64,000 bases of DNA from an uncultured Actinomycetes bacterium (GTDB lineage Bacteria; Actinomycetota; UBA4738; JBBDTT01). The notes below the pieces were generated by a model. It did no database searches and was not told the origin of the DNA. It saw only the letters and a list, made by a program, of their open reading frames with translations. A program made the translations under genes and the position numbers. The stretch lies in assembly GCA_963742735.1 (NCBI GenBank), contig CAVUMN010000003.1, positions 544,001 to 608,000 on the forward strand, read 5' to 3'. Shown piece by piece: positions 46,302 through 59,351 of the stretch (the stretch's first letter is position 1; each line of letters begins with the position of its first letter).

Positions 46302-46967
46302 ATGCCCGCACCCGAGATTCGAAGATCGCTCCGGGCGGCGCCGGCGACCCTGCTCGTGGCGACGCTGGCGCTCGCCGTGACGGTGCCGGCCGCGGTTCGG
46401 GCGGCGCCGAGCGAGCCCGAGCCGTACGCCTGGCCCGTCGCGGGGCCGGTGCTGCGGGGCTTCGAGCCACCCGACTCGCCCTACGGCGCTGGCCACCGGG
46501 GGATCGACATCGGCGCGCCGCTGGGCACGCCGGTCCACGCGAGCGCGTCCGGCACGGTTGCCTTCGCCGGGTGGGTCGCCGGTTCCCGGTTCGTGTCGAT
46601 CGATCACCCCGACGGGATCCGGACCACGTACTCGTTCCTGTCGGCGATCTCGGTCGCGCGGGGTGAGGCCGTCGGGCGAGGCGGGCTGATCGGCGCGACC
46701 GGTCACGGCCACTCGGGAGTCGACCGGCCGCACCTGCACTTCGGAGCTCGTCGCGGCGAGACGTATCTGGATCCCTTGGTCCTGCTCGGAGCGGCCGCGC
46801 CCCGAGTCCACCTCGCGCCGATCGCGGGGACGTCCTCCGGTGAACCGGCCGCCGACCCCTGGGGATCGATCACGGGGCTGGGGGAGGCCGCGCCGCGGCC
46901 GCACTGGCTCTGGTCCCGCGCCGAGCCGAAGCCGCTGGTGCTGCCGGGCCGGGCATCGTCCGGCTGA
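46302..46967 (+). CDS. M23 family peptidase (secreted)
   Basis: Signal peptide; WPVAG, GHRGIDI, HLHFG, YLDP. Confidence 0.9.
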   Translation: MPAPEIRRSLRAAPATLLVATLALAVTVPAAVRAAPSEPEPYAWPVAGPVLRGFEPPDSPYGAGHRGIDIGAPLGTPVHASASGTVAFAGWVAGSRFVSIDHPDGIRTTYSFLSAISVARGEAVGRGGLIGATGHGHSGVDRPHLHFGARRGETYLDPLVLLGAAAPRVHLAPIAGTSSGEPAADPWGSITGLGEAAPRPHWLWSRAEPKPLVLPGRASSG

Positions 46968-47012
46968 GGTTCGCCCGCCCGACGAACGGCCCGCCCCGTA
47001 GGATGACGGCTC

Positions 47013-48353
47013 GTGCGCAGATCGCTCGCCGCCCTCGCGGGGCTCGTCGCCTCGCTCGCCCTCGCCGCTCCCGGCCTCGCCGCGGAGACGGCCACGTGGC
47101 CGATGGTCCAGGGCGGGCCCGCGCATCTCGGCGTGGCCGAGGACGCGCCGGCGCCTCCGTACCGTGAGGCGTGGCGAGTGGAGGCCGGCCGATCGGGTCA
47201 CCGCGGCGCCGCGGGCTCGGTGGTCGTGGGGGATCTGGCGATCGCATTGGGTCGCGATGAGGTCCTGGCGGTGGACGCGGCGACCGGGGAGGTGCAGTGG
47301 AGCGTCGCCCGCGCCCCCAACGTGCCGGTGACCCCGGCCGTCTCCGCCGACGGCACGACGCTCGTCTACCCGGAGGGGACGGACGACGCGGCCGCGGTCA
47401 TCGGTCTGGACCTGGAAACCCACTCGGTCCGCTGGCGGTTCCGTCCGGACCAGGAAGTCCGGTCCCCGCCGGCCGTCCAGGGCCAGCTCGCCTTCATCGC
47501 GACCCGGTCGGGGACGGTGTACGCGCTGGAGGCCGCAACCGGCGCCGAGCGCTGGGAGTTCAACGGGGAGGGCACGATCCGGAGCCCGCTGGCGGTGGCG
47601 GGCGGTCGGGTGTTCGCGGTCGCGGAGGACACGGATGACGTGAAGACCACCGTCTACGCGCTCGCGGCCGAGGACGGGACGGAGGTCTGGCGCGTGGCGC
47701 CGCCCGGCGTCGCGGTGGTCGCGTCGGGGCCGGCGGTGGCGGACGGCCGGCTCTACGTCGGCTTCGGCGACGGGGGCGTGCGGGCCCTCGACGTGGAGGA
47801 CGGCGACGTGCTGTGGTCCCGGCAGGTGGCGATCCGGCAGGGGTTCTGGCCCGGGTCGATCCCGGCGATCGCGGACGGCGACGTGATCGTCACGTCGCCG
47901 GGCGGCTCGGTCAGCCGACTCGACGGGGAGACCGGCGAGCGGGTATGGCGGTTCCGGTTCCCCTCGGGGTTCCTGAAGGCGCTGCCACTGATCGTCGGGG
48001 ACGCGATCGTCGTCGGGCGTCACGACAGCGTGCTGGCCGCCCTCGATCTCGGCTCGGGCCGGCTCATCTGGGAGCTCGACCTGGACGACGGGCCCATCGG
48101 CGGGATCGCTCCGGCGGGCGACCAGCTCATCGCCTCGTTGCCCGAGGGCGGCGGCGGCCTGGTCGCCCTGGAGCATGATCCCGATGGCGAGCTGACCTCG
48201 ATCGAATCCCCGACCGAGTTGCACCCGACCACCGCCGTCGTGAACTACCTGATCGCGTTCGCGGCGCTCACCGCGGGGTTCGCGCTCGCGTTCCGGCTGG
48301 CGCCGGCGCGCGCCCGCCCGGCCTCGACCGATCCCCCCGGAGGCCTTCGATGA
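47013..48353 (+). CDS. PQQ-like (BamB-type) beta-propeller protein with C-terminal TM
   Basis: Signal peptide; WPMVQGGPAH; repeated A.D..TG...W units. Confidence 0.85.
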   Translation: MRRSLAALAGLVASLALAAPGLAAETATWPMVQGGPAHLGVAEDAPAPPYREAWRVEAGRSGHRGAAGSVVVGDLAIALGRDEVLAVDAATGEVQWSVARAPNVPVTPAVSADGTTLVYPEGTDDAAAVIGLDLETHSVRWRFRPDQEVRSPPAVQGQLAFIATRSGTVYALEAATGAERWEFNGEGTIRSPLAVAGGRVFAVAEDTDDVKTTVYALAAEDGTEVWRVAPPGVAVVASGPAVADGRLYVGFGDGGVRALDVEDGDVLWSRQVAIRQGFWPGSIPAIADGDVIVTSPGGSVSRLDGETGERVWRFRFPSGFLKALPLIVGDAIVVGRHDSVLAALDLGSGRLIWELDLDDGPIGGIAPAGDQLIASLPEGGGGLVALEHDPDGELTSIESPTELHPTTAVVNYLIAFAALTAGFALAFRLAPARARPASTDPPGGLR

Positions 48354-49423
48354 CGAACCGGAAGAAGAAGCGACGCCGTAAGCCCGCCGCGAGCGGTGGA
48401 GGCAACGGAACGCGAGGCCCGGCCGAGCGTCAGGCGGCCGCGGAGCCGTCCCGTTCGGGCCGGGGGTCGGGGGCCGCCAAGGACCCGGCGCCCGACGAGA
48501 CCCCCGGGGAGGAGGTCCGCCCGCGCGCCCGCGGCCTGTTCGGCGCCTCCACCCGTATGCGGGAGCCCTCGCCGTTCCCCAGCTTCCGTGAGTCGATGGC
48601 GAAGGGCGTCGTGGAGACCGCCCGACGCACCCCCGCCCTGGTCGTGGGGTTCCTCGCGCTGTTCGCCGTCTGGTCCACGTTCGTGCTCAGCGGCGCGGGT
48701 GACCTGATGACGTCGAAGTCGCTGGCCACGGCGCTCGCGCTGCCCCCGCTCTACCTGCTGTTCAGCGACGGCGTGCTCGCCTTCTACCCCGTCGTCGCGG
48801 GATCCGCCGTGGCGGGGCTCGGGGTGGCGATCGGTCTGACGATCTTCCGGGTGCTGCTCCTGGGAGCGATCGCGGCCATCCTGGCGCCGCGCCTCGGGGC
48901 GCCGGACCTCGATCGGCGGCGCGCCTTCGTGAAGGCGATCCCGCACCTGACCTTGATCGCGCTCGCGGTGTTCGGCGTGGGGGCCGCCATCCCGTACGTT
49001 GCCGGGGGGCTGCTCCCCGGGAACTTCGGGGGCATCCTGTTCCTGGCCGGACCACTGCTCGGCCTGCACTTCCTCACGTTCGCGCCGATCGCGGCGGTCG
49101 TCGACGGAGCGAACTTCCGCGACGCCATGCGCCGCAGCGGCCGCGCCGCCCGGTTGCCGGGGGGAAGCCACCTGGCGTTGAGCTTCGGCTACTTCGCCTT
49201 CGCGCTGTTCCTGATCTCGATCGTTCCCGGCCGGGTGGTCGATCCGGCGACGCCCTCGGTCCTCACGTGGACCGTGGCCCTCGTGGCCACGTTCCTGCAC
49301 CTGAGCACGTTCGCCGCGTTCGTGTACCGCTGGCTCGCCGTTCGGGACCTGAAGGCGCTCGATCAGCCGGTCCGGCGGGGCCCGGCGCGCGACGTTCCTG
49401 CCCGAGGTCGGACCCGCGGCTGA
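48350..49423 (+). CDS. hypothetical multi-pass membrane protein
   Basis: Basic disordered N-terminus followed by several TM helices; ATGA overlap with the upstream gene. Confidence 0.7.
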   Translation: MTNRKKKRRRKPAASGGGNGTRGPAERQAAAEPSRSGRGSGAAKDPAPDETPGEEVRPRARGLFGASTRMREPSPFPSFRESMAKGVVETARRTPALVVGFLALFAVWSTFVLSGAGDLMTSKSLATALALPPLYLLFSDGVLAFYPVVAGSAVAGLGVAIGLTIFRVLLLGAIAAILAPRLGAPDLDRRRAFVKAIPHLTLIALAVFGVGAAIPYVAGGLLPGNFGGILFLAGPLLGLHFLTFAPIAAVVDGANFRDAMRRSGRAARLPGGSHLALSFGYFAFALFLISIVPGRVVDPATPSVLTWTVALVATFLHLSTFAAFVYRWLAVRDLKALDQPVRRGPARDVPARGRTRG

Positions 49424-49428
49424 GCCGC

Positions 49429-49561
49429 TAGACTCATCGGTCGGCGTCCGTGACGGACGTACAACACACGCTCGGGGACTCGAACCCGCGGTCCCGGCAT
49501 CACGCCGGGTCGGGTAGGGGCCGATCCGAGCGGAGGATCGAAAACCGAAAGGAGAATCACC
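49429..49561 (+). promoter_or_regulatory. rpsB promoter and long leader (candidate S2 autoregulatory RNA)
   Basis: TAGACT -10-like hexamer, about 120-nt untranslated leader with ACACACGC and AAAGGAG SD. rpsB leaders are known autoregulatory elements, but the fold was not verified. Confidence 0.45.
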
Positions 49562-51890
<2,329 letters not shown>

Positions 51891-51903
51891 ACGGACGAGC
51901 GCG

Positions 51904-52461
51904 ATGATCGACGACACGCTCAAGGACGCCGAGCACAAGATGCGCGGCGCGGTGACGGTCGCCCAGGAGGAGTTCGGGGGTGTGCGCACCGGCCGCGCGA
52001 CGCCCAAGATCCTCGACCGGCTGACCGTCGACTACTACGGCACGCAGACCCCGATGAACCAGCTCGCGTCGTTCTCGGTGCCCGAGCCCCGGCTGCTCGT
52101 CATCCAGCCGTTCGACCGTAACGCCATGACGGCCATGGAGAAGGCCATCATGTCCTCGGACCTCGGCCTCACACCCTCCAACGACGGCTCGGTCATCCGC
52201 CTGGCGTTTCCCCAGCTGACCGAGGAGCGTCGCAAGGAGCTGATCAAGCTCGTGCATCATCGGGCGGAGGAGGGACGGGTCGCCGTCCGCAACGTGCGAC
52301 GGCACCACAAGGAGGAGCTCGAAAGGCTTGAGAAGGCCGGCGATATCTCTGAAGATGACCTCAGACGCGCCGAAAAGGAGCTCCAGAAGCTGACGGACCG
52401 TTTCGTCGCGGAGATCGACGAGATCCTGAAGCACAAGGAGAAAGAGCTCTCGGAGGTCTGA
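51904..52461 (+). CDS. frr: ribosome recycling factor
   Basis: VRTGRA, VDYYG, LTEERRKEL, VRNVRR. Confidence 0.97.
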   Translation: MIDDTLKDAEHKMRGAVTVAQEEFGGVRTGRATPKILDRLTVDYYGTQTPMNQLASFSVPEPRLLVIQPFDRNAMTAMEKAIMSSDLGLTPSNDGSVIRLAFPQLTEERRKELIKLVHHRAEEGRVAVRNVRRHHKEELERLEKAGDISEDDLRRAEKELQKLTDRFVAEIDEILKHKEKELSEV

Positions 52462-52515
52462 TCTGCCCGCGGGCCGGACGACGGCCCGGAGACTCCGCGA
52501 GCCGGAGAGAGGCCA

Positions 52516-54237
52516 GTGGCGAACCCCACCGACGACCGCGACGGCGAGGACCTGTTCGACGACCTCGACAAGTTCTTCGCGCCGATCGAGGAGACCGACT
52601 GGCCCGAGCCCGAGGCCGACGCCGCGGCCCCACGGGTTCCCCGGCGTTCCGCGACCCCCGACGCTCCCGCCGAGGACCTCTTCCCCGAGGGGTGGGACGA
52701 GATCGAGGGCCGGCCGGAGTCCGACGAGAGCCTCCTGGAGGCCGCGGCCTCACCGGCTCCCGAGGACACGTCGTCGTTCGAGTTCTCCGTCGACGAGCCG
52801 GAGCCGCCACCCCCGTCGGCGTCCTCCCGCGGCCGCTCGCGCCGCCCCGCCCCGCCCGAGCCGGAGCCGGTAGACCTGACCGATGACTGGACCGACACCT
52901 CCATCGGTGGCGAGGGCGAGGAGGAGGAGTCGTTCATCTTCGGGGCCGACGCCGAGCCCGAGGCGCCGTCCGTCGCCAGGCCGCCGCTGCCTCCGGAGGA
53001 GCTGGAGCCCGGCGAGCTGACGATCGACGATCTCAAGGTCGCGCCCCCCGAGTACGCCGAGCTCCCCGGACCCGGCTCCGACGAACCCGGCGGAGACTCG
53101 ATCTTCGGCGACGAGGACGAGCCGACCTTCGCGACCGCCGAGGTCCCCATCCCGCCGTCGCGTGGCGCGGAACCACCCGCGGGGGACCGAGGGCTCGCCG
53201 CGGCGTTCGAGGAACCCGCGGTCTCCGCCCCGGCGCGGGAGTCGGAGCCGCCGCCGGACGCACCGGCGCTCGCGACTCCCGCCATCGAGGACGAGCTCCT
53301 TGCCGGGCTCGACCAGTCCCCGTCCACCCCGCGGACCGTGAAGGTGGGGACGGACGAGCCCGTCATGGGGCACGGACCGGCGTGGGAGGACCCCAGCTCG
53401 CACGCGGTCGTGGGGGAGAGCGCTCCCACCCGTGGGGGACGCAACCTCTCCGCGGCGCTGATCTCAGGGGTGGGCCTCGGGGCCCTGGCCCTGATCCTGC
53501 TCGCGATCGGGCCGGCGCCGTTCGCGATCCTGGCCGCGGCGGTCCTCCTGGCCGCCCAGGCCGAGCTCTACGCCGTGGCTCACGGCCGTGGCTACCAGCC
53601 CGCCACCGCGCTCGGCCTGGTGGTCGGTGGGCTGATCCTGTACGCGTCCTACAACAAGGGCGAGGTCGCCATGGGCGCGATGCTCACGCTCGGCCTGATG
53701 CTCACCTTCTTCTGGTACATGGTGGTCCCGGCCAAGGCGCGCAAGGGGACGCTCGTGAACGCGTCGATCACCCTGCTCGGCATGGTGTACGTGCCGTTCT
53801 TCGCGGGGGTGATCTTCCAGCTGCTCCCGGTCAAGGGCGGACGCGCGGTGGTCATCTGGATCATCGGGCTGACCGTCATCTACGACGTCTTCGCCTTCAT
53901 CATCGGCTCGTTCTGGGGACGTCGTCCCCTCGCCGGCTCGATCAGCCCGAACAAGTCCTGGGAGGGCGCGATCGGCGCCAGCCTGGTCACGTTCTTCGTG
54001 GGACTGGCGTTCGGCCCACAGATCTCACCGCTCACCTTGGGGAGCTCGATCGGTCTCGCCATGGTGGTGCTGGTGATGGCCCCGCTCGGCGACCTCGCCG
54101 AGTCCGCACTGAAGCGCGACCTGGGGGTCAAGGACATGAGCACCATCATGCCCGGGCACGGTGGCCTCATGGACCGGATCGATTCGTTGCTGTTCGTCCT
54201 GCCGGCCGCGTTCTATTTCCTGCGGATGGTCCTCTAG
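52516..54237 (+). CDS. cdsA: phosphatidate cytidylyltransferase with very long acidic N-terminal extension
   Basis: ISPNKSWEG, GDLAESALKRDLGVKDM..IMPGHGGLMDRIDS; follows frr. Confidence 0.92.
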   Translation: MANPTDDRDGEDLFDDLDKFFAPIEETDWPEPEADAAAPRVPRRSATPDAPAEDLFPEGWDEIEGRPESDESLLEAAASPAPEDTSSFEFSVDEPEPPPPSASSRGRSRRPAPPEPEPVDLTDDWTDTSIGGEGEEEESFIFGADAEPEAPSVARPPLPPEELEPGELTIDDLKVAPPEYAELPGPGSDEPGGDSIFGDEDEPTFATAEVPIPPSRGAEPPAGDRGLAAAFEEPAVSAPARESEPPPDAPALATPAIEDELLAGLDQSPSTPRTVKVGTDEPVMGHGPAWEDPSSHAVVGESAPTRGGRNLSAALISGVGLGALALILLAIGPAPFAILAAAVLLAAQAELYAVAHGRGYQPATALGLVVGGLILYASYNKGEVAMGAMLTLGLMLTFFWYMVVPAKARKGTLVNASITLLGMVYVPFFAGVIFQLLPVKGGRAVVIWIIGLTVIYDVFAFIIGSFWGRRPLAGSISPNKSWEGAIGASLVTFFVGLAFGPQISPLTLGSSIGLAMVVLVMAPLGDLAESALKRDLGVKDMSTIMPGHGGLMDRIDSLLFVLPAAFYFLRMVL

Positions 54238-54327
54238 GACCGGATTGCGCCCCGGCCGGCAAGACCGCATCGGGCGTTTGTGGCGCCATTCCATACTTTC
54301 AACCGCGAAGGGGGTACCCTCCTAGCG

Positions 54328-55491
54328 ATGCGGGATGTCGTCATTCTCGGCTCCACGGGATCCATCGGGACCCAGGCCCTCGACGTCGTTCGCCGCAACC
54401 CCGAGCGGTTCAGGGTGGTCGGCCTGGCGGCCGGATCCAACCACGAGCTGCTCGTCGGGCAGATCCGTGAGTTCCTGCCGCCCGTAGTCGCGCTCGGGGA
54501 TGCGTCCGCCGTCGACGACCTCCGCGAGCACCTGAAGGGCATCCGCGAGACCGAGATCATCGCGGGCCCGGATGCGGCGGAGCGGCTGGCGCGCGACACC
54601 GACGCCGACCTGGTCCTGAACGCGATGGTGGGCGCGATCGGGCTCGCTCCGACCCTCGCCGCGCTTCAGACCGGCAAGTCCGTGGCCCTGGCCAACAAGG
54701 AGTCACTGATCGTCGGCGGCGAGCTGGTGATGGACCTGGTGAAGGGCGAGCCCGAGCGGCTGATCCCGGTCGACTCCGAGCACGCCGCACTCGCCCAGTG
54801 CCTGCGGGGCGAGCGGCGCGAGGACCTGCAGCGCGTGGTGATCACCGCGAGCGGCGGCCCCTTCCGCGGCTGGACGCGCGAGGACCTCGCCCGTGCCTCG
54901 GTCAAGGAAGCGCTGGCGCACCCCACGTGGAACATGGGTCCGAAGATCACGGTGGATTCGGCGACCCTCATGAACAAGGGCCTCGAGGTCATCGAGGCCC
55001 ACTACCTGTTCGGCCTCGACTACGCGGAGATCGACGTGGTCGTGCACCCCGAGTCGATCGTCCACGGCCTGGCCGAGTTCCGCGACGGCAGCGTGATCGC
55101 ACAGCTGGCCGACCCGGACATGCGCCTGCCCATCCAGCTCGCCCTCACCTATCCGGACCGGATGCGGTCGGGGATCACGCCGCTCGACCTGGTCTCGATC
55201 GGCCGGCTGACCTTCGAGCAGGTGGACCGGGAGGCGTTCCCGGCGCTCGACCTGGCCTACCGGGCCGGCCGGGCCGGCTTCACCTTTCCCGCCGCCCTCA
55301 ACGCCGCCAACGAGGTCGCCGTCCACGCCTTCCTCGACGGACGCCTGCGCCTGATCGACATCGCCGACGTGGTGGAGCGCATCCTCGACGAGCACGAGGC
55401 GCCGCCCGTCGTGTCGGCGGTGTCCCTCGAGCGCGCCGACGCGTGGGCACGCGGGCGGGCCGCGCAGATCGTCGAGGAGCGGGCCTCCTAG
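54328..55491 (+). CDS. dxr: 1-deoxy-D-xylulose-5-phosphate reductoisomerase
   Basis: LGSTGSIG, LANKESL, PVDSEH, TASGGPF, HPTWNMGPKITVDSATLMNKGLE. Confidence 0.97.
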   Translation: MRDVVILGSTGSIGTQALDVVRRNPERFRVVGLAAGSNHELLVGQIREFLPPVVALGDASAVDDLREHLKGIRETEIIAGPDAAERLARDTDADLVLNAMVGAIGLAPTLAALQTGKSVALANKESLIVGGELVMDLVKGEPERLIPVDSEHAALAQCLRGERREDLQRVVITASGGPFRGWTREDLARASVKEALAHPTWNMGPKITVDSATLMNKGLEVIEAHYLFGLDYAEIDVVVHPESIVHGLAEFRDGSVIAQLADPDMRLPIQLALTYPDRMRSGITPLDLVSIGRLTFEQVDREAFPALDLAYRAGRAGFTFPAALNAANEVAVHAFLDGRLRLIDIADVVERILDEHEAPPVVSAVSLERADAWARGRAAQIVEERAS

Positions 55492-55518
55492 TCCGCCGCG
55501 CCCACTAGGCTACGTCGC

Positions 55519-56721
55519 ATGCCGGTCGCCATCGGAACCATCCTGTTCATCGATCTCCTGCTGCTGTTCGTGAAGACCGGCAACCCGGCGGTGGCCGGTG
55601 TCATGAGCTTCATCGCGGTGATCCTGGCCGTGATCGTCCTCCACGAGTTCGGCCACTTCATCACGGCGAAGGCGTTCGGGATCAAGGTCACGGAGTTCTT
55701 CGTCGGCTTCGGCCCCCGGGTGTGGTCGGTGCGCCGGGGCGAGACCGAGTACGGGATCAAGGCCATCCCCGCGGGAGGCTACGTCCGCATCGCGGGGATG
55801 AACCCGTTCACCGAGGAGCCGGTCGAGGACCAACCGAGGACGTTCGGCGCGAAGCCCCCCTGGCAGCGCTTCATCGTCCTGGTCTCCGGCGCGGCGACCC
55901 ACTTCATCCTCGCGTTCGTGATGCTGGTGGTGTTCTTCGGCTTCATCGGACTGCCCCGGTACTCGCCGGCGGTCGCCGGCGTCGAGCAGCGACTCAACGG
56001 GTACCCGTCGCCGGCCGCCAGAGCGGGGCTCCTCCCGGGAGACGAGATCGTCGCCCTCGACGGGCGCCGGGACGTCTCGGCCGAGGAGTTCATCGCCTAC
56101 ACCCGGGCGCACGTCGGCCGGCCCATCCAGCTCGTGGTCCGGCGCAACGACCGCGAGGTGCCCATCACGGTCACGCCCGTCCTCTCCGAGATCGGGGGAG
56201 AGTCGTTCGGCCGGCTGGGCATCATCGTCGGCGGGGCGAGCTTCCTCGGCCGGGAACCGATCGGCCTCGGGAAGGGCATCACCGAGGGCGCGTCGGAGGT
56301 GGGCCGGCTCACCGGGCAGACGGTGGTCCGCCTCGGGGATGTCTTCGGCCCTCGCGGGATCAAGCGGCTCTTCCAGCTGCTCACCGGCCAGGAGGAACGC
56401 ACCCTGGACGACCCCGTCGGCCTGGTGGGCGCGGGTCGTCTCGCGGCGCAGGCCGTGGAGTCCGGCCGCCTCGACGCCTTCTTCGGCCTGTTCATCGGCT
56501 TCAACATCTTCGTGGGGTTCCTCAACCTGCTGCCGTTGCCACCGCTCGACGGAGGGCACGTGCTGCTGCTCGGGATCGAGAAGCTCCGCGGCGGCCGCGC
56601 CGTCGACCTGCGCCGGGTGATCCCCGTCATGGCGGTCGTGGCCGGGTTCCTGATCATCTACACGGTGCTGCTGCTCTACGTGGACATCCGCAACCCGATC
56701 CCGAACCCGTTCTCCCCATAG
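55519..56721 (+). CDS. rseP: RIP/RseP M50 site-2 metalloprotease with PDZ domain
   Basis: HEFGH, GFGP, GGYVRIAGM, NLLPLPPLDGGH. Confidence 0.92.
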   Translation: MPVAIGTILFIDLLLLFVKTGNPAVAGVMSFIAVILAVIVLHEFGHFITAKAFGIKVTEFFVGFGPRVWSVRRGETEYGIKAIPAGGYVRIAGMNPFTEEPVEDQPRTFGAKPPWQRFIVLVSGAATHFILAFVMLVVFFGFIGLPRYSPAVAGVEQRLNGYPSPAARAGLLPGDEIVALDGRRDVSAEEFIAYTRAHVGRPIQLVVRRNDREVPITVTPVLSEIGGESFGRLGIIVGGASFLGREPIGLGKGITEGASEVGRLTGQTVVRLGDVFGPRGIKRLFQLLTGQEERTLDDPVGLVGAGRLAAQAVESGRLDAFFGLFIGFNIFVGFLNLLPLPPLDGGHVLLLGIEKLRGGRAVDLRRVIPVMAVVAGFLIIYTVLLLYVDIRNPIPNPFSP

Positions 56722-56777
56722 AACCTTCACACGCGGGCGAGGCCCCCTTCGGGGCCCGCCTCTAGACTGGGTTGGAG

Positions 56778-57869
56778 ATGACGATCGAGCGCCGCAAGTC
56801 CCGTTCGGTGTTCGTCGGCGACGTCGAGGTCGGCGGCGACGCGCCCATTCGCGTCCAGTCGATGACCACCACGAAGACCGCCGACATCAACGCGACCTTG
56901 CAGCAGATCGCCTCGCTCGTCGCCACCGGGTGCGAGATCGTCCGCGTCGCGGTCCCGCACTGGGAGGACGCGAAGGCGCTGGAGGCCATCGCCGCGAAGT
57001 CGACGATCCCGGTGATCGCCGACATCCACTTCCAGTGGAAGTACGCGATGGCCGCCCTCGAGGCGGGCATCCAGGGCCTGCGGATCAACCCCGGGAACAT
57101 CAAGTACCAGGACAAGGTGCGGCTGATCGCCCGCGAGGCGAAGGCCCGCGAGGTGCCGATCCGGATCGGGGTGAACGCCGGCTCGCTCGAGAAGGAGCTG
57201 CTCGACAAGTACGGCGTCCCCACGCCGGAGGCCCTGGTCGAGTCCGCGCTGAACGAGGCCCGGATCCTCGAGGATGAGGACTTCACCGACATCAAGATCT
57301 CGGTGAAGCACTCGAACGCGCGCGTGATGATCGAGGCCTACCGGATGCTCGCCGAGGCGTGCGACTACCCGCTGCATCTCGGCGTGACCGAGGCCGGTCC
57401 GATGCCGATCGGCGGCGTGAAGTCCGCCGTGGGGATCGGGACGCTGCTGGCGGAGGGGATCGGCGACACCATCCGCGTCTCCCTGACCGACGATCCGGTC
57501 GAGGAGGTCAAGGTCGGCAACGCCATCCTTCAGTCGCTCGGGCTGAAGGTGCGCGGGCTGGATCTGGTGGCCTGCCCGTCGTGCGGGCGAGCCGAGGTGG
57601 ACGTCCTTGGCCTGACGAAGCAGGTCAACGAGGCGCTGGAGGCGGCCAAGCTCGAGGCGCCGATCCGCGTGGCGGTGATGGGCTGTGTGGTCAACGGGCC
57701 CGGGGAGGCCCGCGAAGCAGACCTGGGCATCGCCGCCGGCAAGGGGTTCGGCCACCTGATCGTCCGGGGCGAGGTCAAGGGCAAGGTCCCCGAGGACAAG
57801 TTCGTCGAGGTCCTGGTGGCGGAGGCGAAGAAGATGGCCGCCGAGCTCGCCGCCGCCCCGGCGGACTGA
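56778..57869 (+). CDS. ispG: (E)-4-hydroxy-3-methylbut-2-enyl-diphosphate synthase
   Basis: [53 protein letters not shown]. Confidence 0.97.
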   Translation: MTIERRKSRSVFVGDVEVGGDAPIRVQSMTTTKTADINATLQQIASLVATGCEIVRVAVPHWEDAKALEAIAAKSTIPVIADIHFQWKYAMAALEAGIQGLRINPGNIKYQDKVRLIAREAKAREVPIRIGVNAGSLEKELLDKYGVPTPEALVESALNEARILEDEDFTDIKISVKHSNARVMIEAYRMLAEACDYPLHLGVTEAGPMPIGGVKSAVGIGTLLAEGIGDTIRVSLTDDPVEEVKVGNAILQSLGLKVRGLDLVACPSCGRAEVDVLGLTKQVNEALEAAKLEAPIRVAVMGCVVNGPGEAREADLGIAAGKGFGHLIVRGEVKGKVPEDKFVEVLVAEAKKMAAELAAAPAD

Positions 57870-57876
57870 CCTCGGC

Positions 57877-59301
57877 TCAATAGGCCCGCGCCCAGGCGGC
57901 CTCCTCGGCCGCCGGCTCACCGTCCACGATGCACGCGCCGCCGACCTCGATCGGATCGACGGGCAGGTAGCGGATCGTGGCCTTCGTCTCGGCCTTGACC
58001 CGGGCCTCGCATTCCGGCTTCCCGCACCATCCGCCCACCGCGAACCCCCCCGAGGCCTCGAGGAACGCCCGCATCTCCGCGTAGTCCTTCGGCCGCAGCG
58101 TGTGCTCGTCGGTGAACGCCACCGCCTGCCCGTACAGGTTGTCCTGGATGGTGTCCATCAGCCCTCGAACGTGCTCCGCCACCGATGCCAGCGGCAGCGG
58201 TGCCTTCGCCAGCGTGTCCCGGCGGGCCACGGTGGCCTGCCCGGCGTCGAGGTCCCGGGGGCCGAGCTCCACCCGGACCGGCACCCCCTTCTGCTCCCAC
58301 TCGTTGAACTTGTAGCCGGGCCGGTACTCCTCGCGGTCGTCGACCTTCACGCGAAGGCCGGCGAGGTCGGCCACGAGCTTCTCGGCCGCCTCGACGGTCC
58401 GGGCCCGCTCGTCGTCGCTCTTGTAGATCGGCACGATCACGGCCTGGTACGGCGCGAGCGCCGGGGGCAGGCGGAGGCCCTGGTCGTCGCCGTGGGCCAT
58501 GATCAGCGCCCCGACGAGCCGGGTGGTGGCCCCCCACGACGTGGCGTACGCGTACTCGAGGTCGCCGTCGCGGCCCTGGAACTGCACGCCGTACGCCTTC
58601 GCGAAGTTCTGCCCGAGGTAGTGCGACGTCCCGGCCTGGAGCGCCTTGCCGTCGCGCATCAGCGCCTCGCACGTGAAGGTCTCGACGGCCCCGGGGAACC
58701 GCTCGGCCTCGGTCTTGCGACCGGGCCGGATGGACAGCCCGATCACCCGCTCCATGACGTCGCGGTACACCTCGCTGAGGATCATCCGCGACTCGGCCAT
58801 GGCTTCCTCGGCCGTCTCGTGCGCGGTGTGGCCCTCCTGCCAGTAGAACTCGGTCGTGCGCAGGAACAGTCGCGGCCGGAGCTCCCAGCGAACCACGTTG
58901 CACCACTGGTTGTAGAGCAGCGGCAGGTCCCGGTAGGACTGGACCCACCTGGAGTACGTGTCCCAGATGATGGTCTCCGAGGTCGGCCGGACGACCAGCG
59001 GCTCCTCGAGCTTCTCGCCGCCCGCGTGGGTCACCACCGCGATCTCGGGCGCGAAGCCCTCGATGTGCTCCGCCTCCCGCTCGATCAGCCGGTAGGGGAT
59101 GAACAGCGGGAACTGAAGGTTCTGATGCCCGGTGGCCTTGATGCGCTCGTCGAACGCGGCCTGGATCCGCTCCCAGATGGCCCACCCGTAGGGCTTGACG
59201 ACCATCGTCCCGCGGGCCAGGGAGTTCTCGGCCAGGTCGGCCTGCTTCACGACCTCCTGATACCAGGCCGGAAAGTCCTCGGACTGCTTGGGAAGCGCCA
59301 T
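57877..59301 (-). CDS. proS: proline--tRNA ligase (archaeal/eukaryote-like type, no editing insert)
   Basis: EGFAPE, RPTSET, LFLRTTEFYWQEGH, QAGTSHYLGQNF, SWG.TTR, C-terminal ARAY. Confidence 0.95.
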   Translation of the reverse strand: MALPKQSEDFPAWYQEVVKQADLAENSLARGTMVVKPYGWAIWERIQAAFDERIKATGHQNLQFPLFIPYRLIEREAEHIEGFAPEIAVVTHAGGEKLEEPLVVRPTSETIIWDTYSRWVQSYRDLPLLYNQWCNVVRWELRPRLFLRTTEFYWQEGHTAHETAEEAMAESRMILSEVYRDVMERVIGLSIRPGRKTEAERFPGAVETFTCEALMRDGKALQAGTSHYLGQNFAKAYGVQFQGRDGDLEYAYATSWGATTRLVGALIMAHGDDQGLRLPPALAPYQAVIVPIYKSDDERARTVEAAEKLVADLAGLRVKVDDREEYRPGYKFNEWEQKGVPVRVELGPRDLDAGQATVARRDTLAKAPLPLASVAEHVRGLMDTIQDNLYGQAVAFTDEHTLRPKDYAEMRAFLEASGGFAVGGWCGKPECEARVKAETKATIRYLPVDPIEVGGACIVDGEPAAEEAAWARAY

Positions 59302-59351
59302 GGCCGGCTAGGTTAGCAACCGGACCGACCGCCCACTGTCGCGCCGTCGCG

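Noticed and set aside
57877-59301. Archaeal/eukaryote-type ProRS as a novelty
   Set aside because: This type is well known in many bacteria and sits at the usual ispG-proS-rimP location, although inverted.
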